A stretch of 26,145 nt of DNA, from positions 1-26,145 of the IMG/VR virus record IMGVR_UViG_3300046049_000011. The stretch is one strand, 5' to 3'. Shown one piece after another: positions 1 to 6,643 of the stretch. The notes below the pieces were generated by a model. It worked only from the letters and a program-made list of their open reading frames with translations. It was not told where the DNA came from and ran no database searches. How positions within the stretch are numbered: the first letter of the stretch is position 1; the number at the start of each line of letters is the position of its first letter. The position numbers were made by a program, and so were the translations under genes. The DNA comes from a virus (taxonomy: Duplodnaviria > Caudoviricetes).

Positions 1-335
1 GTCGCGAGCACGTCGACGCCGACGAGCACCAGCTGGGTGCGCTGGGCCGCGACGTCGCCCCGGACGGCCAGGCGCGCGTCGGCGACGATCTCCGCGAGGC
101 CGAGCGAGGGCGCCTCGAGGTGGCGGCCGTGCTCGTGACAGTCGAGACAGCGCAGCTCAGCGACCGACCACGTGCCGACGTCGGCCGCCCGATACGCGTA
201 GCAGCGGACGCGATCGCCCTCGCGCATGCGGACGGTGCGCTGGCACGACGAGCAGACGGCGCCGTCCAGGTCGCCGACGGGCTGGCCTGCGAGGACCGTG
301 GCGGGCTCGGCCTCGACGCGCTCGATCGAGGTCAT
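1..335 (-). CDS. Hypothetical CxxC Zn-binding protein, 3' end beyond window edge (MTSIERVEAEPATVLAGQPVG...CSSC...CLDC...)
   Basis: Read by hand, not in the ORF track. ATG at 335 overlaps the SWIM stop (ATGA); open to position 1; two CxxC pairs. Confidence 0.7.
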   Translation of the reverse strand, partial: MTSIERVEAEPATVLAGQPVGDLDGAVCSSCQRTVRMREGDRVRCYAYRAADVGTWSVAELRCLDCHEHGRHLEAPSLGLAEIVADARLAVRGDVAAQRTQLVLVGVDVLA

Positions 336-910
336 CGCTCGCCCTCCGCTGTCACGAGCGGATTCTCACACCTGTCGTCGTGATGGATTTGTCGCCCCAT
401 CATGCGCTCCGTCCAGCGGATCGACTCGGCGCCGCAGTGCTCACAGCGCCAGTAGCGAGCGCCGCCGACCTCGCGCGGCTCGACGTGCGTGCTGAATCCT
501 TGCGGTGGGTCATGGGGGTTGATCCGCTCGAGGCACTCCTCGACTGGATCGGGGTCGCCGGCCTCGGCGTCGGTGCCGCCGTCCGGGACCAACTGGTACG
601 CGTCGTCGTCGGTGTGCTCGCCGAGCTGGTCGTCGACGTCGTCGGGCTCGATCTGCGGAGGAATCGGCCGTTGCCCGTCGGCGAAGCGCGCCCGGCGGAT
701 GTGCTTGCAGCGGACGTCGCGGTGCTCGTGATCCGGACACGTGCAGCGGCCGGCACGCGTGTCGACGCGGTAGCTCGCGCCGGACTGGGAGACGACCTCG
801 TAGATGTCTCCGCCCTGTGGCAGGACACTCATGCACTCCTCGAGGGCGCGGCGGTCGCGATCGGCGGCTGATTCGATACTACTATCTGAGTTGCGTCGTT
901 GGGTGCTCAT
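332..910 (-). CDS. SWIM zinc-finger protein with an extra C-terminal CxxC
   Basis: YxV...CTCPD...CKH SWIM signature; acidic. Start moved to ATG 910, directly after a structured leader. Confidence 0.85.
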   Translation of the reverse strand: MSTQRRNSDSSIESAADRDRRALEECMSVLPQGGDIYEVVSQSGASYRVDTRAGRCTCPDHEHRDVRCKHIRRARFADGQRPIPPQIEPDDVDDQLGEHTDDDAYQLVPDGGTDAEAGDPDPVEECLERINPHDPPQGFSTHVEPREVGGARYWRCEHCGAESIRWTERMMGRQIHHDDRCENPLVTAEGER

Positions 911-982
911 GCTCTCAATCTCCTGAGAGCGCGGTCGGCCGTGCCCAAACACGGCCGGCCAGACAATCGAGTTCTGACCGTG
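911..982 (-). promoter_or_regulatory. Structured 5' leader of the SWIM gene
   Basis: Stems 911-917/924-930 and 937-943/950-956, plus pairing of 930-936 with 976-982. Same architecture upstream of the recombinase gene. Confidence 0.6.
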
Positions 983-1012
983 TCCCGCGCCCTACATACA
1001 GTATTACGTGTT

Positions 1013-1108
1013 GCTTGTAGTTATAGTTTGCGACGCAAACTCGACTATCAAGCCAGAAGTGCAAGCTTTATAATCAAACAGAAACAACGATAGGCTTGTA
1101 ATGCAAGC
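1013..1108. promoter_or_regulatory. Divergent promoter/operator region
   Basis: AT-rich. Perfect palindrome AGTTTGCG-A-CGCAAACT (1025-1041); TTTATAA at 1067-1073, ending 28 nt before ATG 1101; GCTTG/CAAGC half-sites at 1013, 1049, 1062, 1094 and 1104. Confidence 0.65.
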
Positions 1109-1724
1109 TCAGAAAGCAAATCCCATGGCGTTGGACGCTGACGACATGCGGGACGTGGATTTCGACTTGCTCGAGTATCTACGCGAGGGGCGAATCACCC
1201 CGTCGTATGCCCGTGATCGGATGATCGACGAGGGCAAACGCGAAGTGACGTCGACCTACCTCGGCCAGCGCTTACAGCGGTTCGAGGAACACGGCCACGT
1301 CGTCAACCTATTCGACGATGGTCTGTACGAACTCGTCGACGACCCACTGGGCGACGACGACGATCTCCGCGGCGACGGCGCCGGCACGATCGCGCCGGCA
1401 GCCGACGCCGACCAGGCGATCGCCGACGTCGTCCAGGACTGGCGTCCGGGCAACAATCTCGACCGCCGCGAACAGCGCCGCGCGGCCGGCCGGGCCGCCC
1501 TCGAGTTCCTTCGCGATCGCGAGGTCGCCCAGGCCGAGGAGTTCAAACGCGAGCTCGAGCCCGAGCACCCGGTCGACAACCAGTCGCCAGACACGTGGTG
1601 GACCAAGACGGCCCGCGTGTGCCTGAAGCGCGCCGCGGAGGCCGGCCTGGTGCGGCTCGATCAGGATAACAATGACTGGCACTGGGGCGACGATCGCGAT
1701 CAGGAGGACAGCGATGAGGAATGA
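1101..1724 (+). CDS. Winged-HTH regulator (phiH1 repressor-like N-terminal domain) with a second helical domain
   Basis: D..LLEYLREGRITP...YLGQRLQRFEEHGHV...GLYELVDDP pattern typical of haloarchaeal wHTH repressors; divergent from the SWIM gene. Confidence 0.75.
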   Translation: MQAQKANPMALDADDMRDVDFDLLEYLREGRITPSYARDRMIDEGKREVTSTYLGQRLQRFEEHGHVVNLFDDGLYELVDDPLGDDDDLRGDGAGTIAPAADADQAIADVVQDWRPGNNLDRREQRRAAGRAALEFLRDREVAQAEEFKRELEPEHPVDNQSPDTWWTKTARVCLKRAAEAGLVRLDQDNNDWHWGDDRDQEDSDEE

Positions 1725-1930
1725 CTGACATCGTCGAACTCCCCGAAAAGGTCACCCTGTGCATGCGCTGTGCGACCATGCCCGCGCCCGTCGAGGGCTC
1801 CGAACGCCGGGAGTGCGTGGGCTGTGGCGCCGAGGTCTGGGTCTCGCCGGCGTCGCGCCAGTCGATCGAGCGCGGCGTCTATCCGGACGTTTGTGCCTGC
1901 ATGCAGTGTGCCAACGAGCAAGAATCATGA
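1721..1930 (+). CDS. Small Cys-rich Zn-finger protein
   Basis: CMRC, CVGC and CMQC; ATGA coupling at both ends. Confidence 0.7.
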   Translation: MTDIVELPEKVTLCMRCATMPAPVEGSERRECVGCGAEVWVSPASRQSIERGVYPDVCACMQCANEQES

Positions 1931-2310
1931 CGTCACGACGTGACATCCTCGTGGCCATCGTGGCCGCAGGCGGGATCTATCTGGGCCTCGCGGGACTGGT
2001 CGCAGAGTATCCCTCGCTGGCGCCGACCTACGCTGGTCTGATCGGCGCGTTCGTCGCCGTGGCGATACTCGACGCGTTCGACGACGACCCGATCGCCGCC
2101 CGTGAGTTCCAGCAGTACGGCGTCGTCGTGACCGCGATCGCCCGCCAGACGCTCCGGCGGCTCGACGAGCGCGAACAGCATCGCGCCCTTGACGACGCCG
2201 AACGCGAGTTGATGGATGTCCTCGAGCTCGACGTCGAGTTCGATCGCGAGGGACTGCTCGCTCAGGTCGCGACGGAGCCGGACGTCGACGTGGAGGCCAG
2301 CGATGACTAA
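1927..2310 (+). CDS. Membrane protein (2 N-terminal TM segments, acidic tail)
   Basis: ATG 1927 overlaps the previous stop; two hydrophobic stretches, then an acidic C-terminus. Confidence 0.7.
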   Translation: MTSRRDILVAIVAAGGIYLGLAGLVAEYPSLAPTYAGLIGAFVAVAILDAFDDDPIAAREFQQYGVVVTAIARQTLRRLDEREQHRALDDAERELMDVLELDVEFDREGLLAQVATEPDVDVEASDD

Positions 2311-2365
2311 TATGGACTCGGGCGCAGTGTGGCAACGAGCACGCGGAGGGCAGCGATGACTAATA
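2292..2365 (+). repeat. 21-bp direct repeat GGAGG(C/G)CAGCGATGACTAATA at 2292-2312 and 2345-2365
   Basis: Direct reading; one mismatch. Brackets an 18-codon ORF (2303-2359). Confidence 0.85.
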
Positions 2366-2550
2366 ACGCCTCGAGCGGTATCGAACGCCCTTCTGCCCGT
2401 TCTATTCGGTTAGATGATGATGATGCACCGAGTCACTGCGGCAAGTGCAATCGGAGGCTCCTGACTGTCTACTACGATATCGCGGAACGTCCAGCGTGCC
2501 CGCGACTAAACCATTTTCTCGCCGGCACTCGGACGCGTCGGCATGGTTAG
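2356..2550 (+). CDS. Small hypothetical protein with CxxC (possibly degenerate)
   Basis: GGAGG plus coupled ATGA start; CGKC present, but the second knuckle reads CPRL. Confidence 0.5.
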   Translation: MTNNASSGIERPSARSIRLDDDDAPSHCGKCNRRLLTVYYDIAERPACPRLNHFLAGTRTRRHG

Positions 2551-2704
2551 CCCAGACCTCCCGGATCGCGACGTCCCTGGCGACGTGGAGTGGTTCGTCA
2601 CGCTCGTGCCGGAGGACCTTGTCCCCGACGAGATCTGGACCTCGATCGGCAACTGCGCGCTCAAGGCGACCAAGACGATTCGCGAGGTCACCAGCGATGA
2701 GTGA
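2543..2704 (+). CDS. Small acidic hypothetical protein (MVSPDLPDRDVPGDVEWFVTLVPEDLVPDEIW..., 53 aa)
   Basis: Read by hand, below the ORF-track cutoff; halophilic composition; overlaps the upstream stop. Confidence 0.55.
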   Translation: MVSPDLPDRDVPGDVEWFVTLVPEDLVPDEIWTSIGNCALKATKTIREVTSDE

Positions 2705-2754
2705 CGACCACGATCGGCAATAATGTTTAACTATCACTGCTGGTAATTGGGGCC

Positions 2755-3099
2755 GTGTCGAAAGGCGCCTCCCCGGAGCCGGGCGAGACTTGGCCACCAC
2801 GGCGGATTCACGGCGGGCGCCCGGCATGTAACCGCTGTAATAACACGGTGTCACATTCCTTTTATCGTCAATGGGCCGACAACGAGGGGCGGCTAAACGG
2901 CTGCCGGCGCTGTCTGCCCCGATCAGTCAGGTTCGGCGAGGACGTCTACGACCGCGATCCCGACGAGATCGACTTTGACCCGGACCAGCCCAATCGCGGC
3001 CGCGATCCGGCGCCAAGCTCGCGACTGAAAGACGAACTCGAGGCGCTCGAGACCGGCGACGACGAGAACGAACCCCACGCAAGCGCCGACGAGGAGTGA
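2755..3099 (+). CDS. Haloarchaeal small Zn-finger protein (CNRC...F.R.W.D..G....CRRC)
   Basis: Two CxxC with spacing typical of haloarchaeal CPxCG-related fingers; TTTAAC at 2726 upstream of the GTG start. Confidence 0.7.
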   Translation: MSKGASPEPGETWPPRRIHGGRPACNRCNNTVSHSFYRQWADNEGRLNGCRRCLPRSVRFGEDVYDRDPDEIDFDPDQPNRGRDPAPSSRLKDELEALETGDDENEPHASADEE

Positions 3100-3183
3100 T
3101 CAGTTAGGCTTCTTACCTTCTGACACCCTGCCAAATTAACTTTCAGTAACGCGATAATAGCCACACGGCCAGAACACCGATCC

Positions 3184-3546
3184 ATGTCCAAAACCAAGCA
3201 ACATCGATTCCGAAGCGAATCGTTCGATGAATACTGTCGCGCGCTCGAGCTCGTGAAACCATTCGGTATGACCCTGAAGCAACTCCGGACGCTCGAGACG
3301 ATCATCCTCAACGTGATCGTCGGAGCGGTCGCGCTGGCGGCGATCTATAGCGGTGCCGAGCCGACTGTCGTGGGGCTGGCAGCACTCACGGGCTTGGGGC
3401 TGTTGAACGGGATCAAGGTCAGCGAGTGGGCCGCCGCCGCCGAGGTCCTCGCCGAGGCGCGTGCCGCGGCGGTCGAGCGTGAGCAACCGCAGGACGCCAG
3501 CCATTCCTCGAGTAGCCAGGAAGATACTGACTATTCTAATAAATAA
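3184..3546 (+). CDS. Small two-TM membrane protein (holin-like candidate, unproven)
   Basis: Two hydrophobic helices joined by a short GAEP turn; directly upstream of the packaging genes. Confidence 0.65.
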   Translation: MSKTKQHRFRSESFDEYCRALELVKPFGMTLKQLRTLETIILNVIVGAVALAAIYSGAEPTVVGLAALTGLGLLNGIKVSEWAAAAEVLAEARAAAVEREQPQDASHSSSSQEDTDYSNK

Positions 3547-3560
3547 TATAAAGAATATCT
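3537..3560 (+). promoter_or_regulatory. Canonical TATA-type promoter for the terminase operon
   Basis: Very AT-rich; TATAAAGA at 3547-3554, starting 28 nt before ATG 3575 (leaderless geometry). Confidence 0.6.
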
Positions 3561-3574
3561 AGGATGATGGACGC

Positions 3575-4294
3575 ATGAGCTCGCGCGAGCACCGGGTCAC
3601 CTGTGCGATCAAGTGGCACTACCTCGAAGGGCAATCGGCGCCGGAGATCCGCGATCGGATGGAGCAGGAAGGGCTGGGCGATTATGCGGTCTCGACGATC
3701 CGGAACTATCTGAACGAGCAGCCCGCCGAGGAAGCGATGGCGATGATCGAACAGGTGCACGCCAACACGCGGCTCCAGATCGCCGAACACGAACAGCGCA
3801 TGGTCGAGCGGGCACGGCAAGCCGAGTTCTCGGCGACCGAGGCTCGCAAGCGCGTGGGCATGGTCCCGCGGACCTCGACCAACGAGGGGGACCTCGCAAC
3901 CAGGGTCGACGACTGGCGCGAGCTCGAGCCCGACGATCCCGAGGCGCCGGAATGGGCGACCGACGCCGACACGATCATCGCGTTTACCGAGGGCCGCCGG
4001 ACGATCGAGCCCGGCGAGCGCTATCCGATCCAGTCCGTGACGGGCGAGCCGATATACCAGCAGGCGGTCGTCGGCCTCGAGCGCGACCAGCCCGACCAGG
4101 AGGCCCGCCAGCAGTTTCGGTACGAACAGTCGACACACCTCCAGAACAAAGGCGAGGTGCTGGGTGTCTATAGCGAGCACGTCGAGATCGACGCAACCGT
4201 CGACGGTGACGTCGACCTCGAGCTCGGGGCTGACGAGAAGGCCCAGCTTGACCAGCTGTTCGGCGGCGACAGTGACGGCGACGAGGAGCCATGA
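3575..4294 (+). CDS. terS: Probable terminase small subunit (N-terminal HTH)
   Basis: HTH-like start (GQSAPEIRDRM...VSTIRNYL), coiled segment, ATGA-coupled to terL. Confidence 0.65.
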   Translation: MSSREHRVTCAIKWHYLEGQSAPEIRDRMEQEGLGDYAVSTIRNYLNEQPAEEAMAMIEQVHANTRLQIAEHEQRMVERARQAEFSATEARKRVGMVPRTSTNEGDLATRVDDWRELEPDDPEAPEWATDADTIIAFTEGRRTIEPGERYPIQSVTGEPIYQQAVVGLERDQPDQEARQQFRYEQSTHLQNKGEVLGVYSEHVEIDATVDGDVDLELGADEKAQLDQLFGGDSDGDEEP

Positions 4295-5829
4295 GTCAAT
4301 CGCTGGACCCGGCCGAACTTGCCGCGAAGGACCCCCTCGCCCACCCGGCGATCGCCTCGATATGCCTCTTCGAGTACTCCTACCCGCCGGGCGAGCACCT
4401 CCAGGAGTTCTACAACGCCCTGTGGAAGGCCGTCGATCCGGATTTTTCCCACGCTGCCAGTCGGATCGCCCGACTCATGCCCCGCGGACATGGCAAAAGC
4501 GAGGCGGCGTGTATCGTCTTTCCGACGTGGCTGATTCTCCGACGTCCGGAAATCCGGATCGCGATCATCTCCAAGACGGCCGATCTCGCCCAGGATCGCA
4601 CCGAGAAGGTCGTCAACGTCGTCGAGCGCTACGCGGGCCAGTTCGATGTCGCGCTTAGAGACGCCAGTGGCACAACCCTCGAGACCGCGGCCAACCGCCA
4701 CAAGGAGGCCACGATCGAGCCGTTCGGAATCGAGTCGCAACTGACTGGCAAGCACTTCGACGTGATCGTCTTCGATGACGTCGCCGATTGGGACAACCAA
4801 CGCACCGAGACACAGCGCCGGAACCTCCGCCAGTACTTCCGCGATTACGTCGACAATCTCGGCGATCCCGACTCGGTGCTCGAGGGGGGAGCCGTGCAGG
4901 CCCTGATCGGCACCCGCAAGCACCCCCAGGACATCTACGCGACAGACGTGCTCGGGTCGGCGACGTGGGACGTCGGCGTCTACGAGGCGATCGATCCCGT
5001 CGACTGGCCGCTGGTTGAGCAGCGCGCCTGGACGATCCGGGGCGACGACGGGCAGCTGCATGACTCGATCGCCGACTTGCCCGAGGACGTCGCGATCGCC
5101 ACGAACGGCGTCATCCCCGACCAGGAGCTCGACGTGTTGTGGCCCGAGCACAAACCCGCCGAGGCGTTGCTGTACGACATCGTCGACGGCGACGACTCGA
5201 CGGCGATCTGGCAACGCGAAAACCAGCAGGATCCCGAGGCACTCTCCGGCGAGGTATTCAGCTCGGAGTGGCTGATCTACAACGACGAGCTGCCCAAGCC
5301 ACCGACGAGCTACGAGTGGTACGCCGGAATGGACCTCGGTCTCGTCGACGATCTCCAAGCGGCTGCCGAGGGCGACTCCGATTACACGGCGCTGGCGGTG
5401 CTCGCCTGGAACGAGCGCGACGCACAGGGCTACGTCCATCGGCTCCGGCGCGAGCGCGGGCTCTCGGTCAAGGCCGCTGCCGACTGGGCGCGACGCCAGC
5501 TTGCTCACTACCGAATCGACGCGATGAGAATCGAGCAGAACGCCAACCGTGGCGTGGCTCAGCGGCTCCGTGACAACTCGGCGCTGCCAGCCGAGGGCGT
5601 GAGCTCGACCGAGAGCAAAGAGGCCCGGATCCACGACCTTTCGGCGCATTTCGAGAGCGGTCAGCTTCAGCTCATCGGCGACGAACGCGCCGAACACTGG
5701 CGCTCGTTCGAACAAGACGAGTGGCTGCTGTTCCCGAACGCGGCCCACGACGATCGTCTTGACGCGATCGAGCTTGCGACGCGCTGTATCGCGGTGAGCG
5801 GGCACAACGTGGGGGTCGCGTTTGGCTGA
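4291..5829 (+). CDS. terL: Terminase large subunit
   Basis: Walker A PRGHGKS, Walker B VIVFDD, IGTR coupling motif, nuclease motifs GMDLG, SDYTA and HDDRLDA. Confidence 0.95.
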   Translation: MSQSLDPAELAAKDPLAHPAIASICLFEYSYPPGEHLQEFYNALWKAVDPDFSHAASRIARLMPRGHGKSEAACIVFPTWLILRRPEIRIAIISKTADLAQDRTEKVVNVVERYAGQFDVALRDASGTTLETAANRHKEATIEPFGIESQLTGKHFDVIVFDDVADWDNQRTETQRRNLRQYFRDYVDNLGDPDSVLEGGAVQALIGTRKHPQDIYATDVLGSATWDVGVYEAIDPVDWPLVEQRAWTIRGDDGQLHDSIADLPEDVAIATNGVIPDQELDVLWPEHKPAEALLYDIVDGDDSTAIWQRENQQDPEALSGEVFSSEWLIYNDELPKPPTSYEWYAGMDLGLVDDLQAAAEGDSDYTALAVLAWNERDAQGYVHRLRRERGLSVKAAADWARRQLAHYRIDAMRIEQNANRGVAQRLRDNSALPAEGVSSTESKEARIHDLSAHFESGQLQLIGDERAEHWRSFEQDEWLLFPNAAHDDRLDAIELATRCIAVSGHNVGVAFG

Positions 5830-5874
5830 CGCCGGCCGTGCTAGTCCTTTACAGTCCGATCGCGACACACCTGG

Positions 5875-6015
5875 CGCGGAGGGAGGCCATGCCGGGGCGT
5901 GGCTGATGATCTCCGCGGAGGGGGCTCTCGGGGCTCATCTCGTATCGTCTCGTCGACTCGACACGCGCTCGTCGCAGGTGTACCATGGCGTTCCCGGTCA
6001 CTCGGGAACGCTTTT
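5875..6015 (+). ncRNA. Putative structured small RNA containing a kink-turn
   Basis: 211-bp gap without a credible ORF; K-turn geometry at 5875-5917; hairpin 5918-5941; terminal 9-bp hairpin 5988-6011 followed by TTTT; promoter-motif variant at 5848-5868. Confidence 0.5.
5988..6015 (+). terminator. Hairpin plus U-tract overlapping the next promoter box
   Basis: GCGTTCCCG/CGGGAACGC perfect stem followed by TTTT. Confidence 0.45.
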
Positions 6016-6040
6016 CGGCGCTGCTCGTCTCCCTCGAGCT

Positions 6041-6313
6041 ATGGCTGAGGACTCTCCCGAGACGCTACACGCTGCACTGACCGAGATCCGTGGCGTCGGC
6101 CCGGCGACCGCCGAAGAGATCGAGCAGGCACTCGCAGAACACGAGCTCAAAGAGGAAAGCGAGACCGGTCAGGACGACTCCGCAGGCGCCGCCGTCGACG
6201 AGGCGCGCGACCAGCTGGGCACGGCGCTCGAGTATTTCGCGAGCGATCGACCGCGCCACGCCGAGCAGCACGTCCAGCGCGCTCACGAAACACTCGACGA
6301 GCTGGAGGGGTAG
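6041..6313 (+). CDS. Small helix-hairpin-helix protein
   Basis: LTEIRGVGPATAEEI HhH motif; start fixed by the promoter motif. Confidence 0.8.
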   Translation: MAEDSPETLHAALTEIRGVGPATAEEIEQALAEHELKEESETGQDDSAGAAVDEARDQLGTALEYFASDRPRHAEQHVQRAHETLDELEG

Positions 6314-6314
6314 C

Positions 6315-6611
6315 ATGGGACTGCTCGACCGCGATCGCGATCGCGACGACGGCCAGGACCAGGCCGTCGACGCCGACACGGCGCCCACGAGCGAGGCCTC
6401 GTCGAGTGGGCTCCTCGAGCAGGCCCGGCGCGTGCTCGCGGTCCCTCGCGACCAGCTCGAGTGTCCGGAGTGTGGCGCCCTCCTCCAGGCAGGCTACGCT
6501 CGCGATCCCCACACGCAAGGTCACTGGCGTGGGACGCCAGCCCACGTCTGCCCGGAGGACGACTGTGACTATGCCCAGCGCCGCCGCGCCAAGGGCGAGG
6601 GCGAGCGCTAG
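6315..6611 (+). CDS. CPxCG-type Zn-finger protein
   Basis: CPECG...CPEDDC; GGAGG upstream of ATG 6315. Confidence 0.75.
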   Translation: MGLLDRDRDRDDGQDQAVDADTAPTSEASSSGLLEQARRVLAVPRDQLECPECGALLQAGYARDPHTQGHWRGTPAHVCPEDDCDYAQRRRAKGEGER

Positions 6612-6643
6612 CGCTTTTCGCCGGCGCTCGTCACGCCGGGGCC

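Noticed and set aside
5875-6015. Canonical tRNA or complete box C/D guide RNA
   Set aside because: No cloverleaf or GTTCRA loop, and no terminal C...D box arrangement; only a K-turn is supported.
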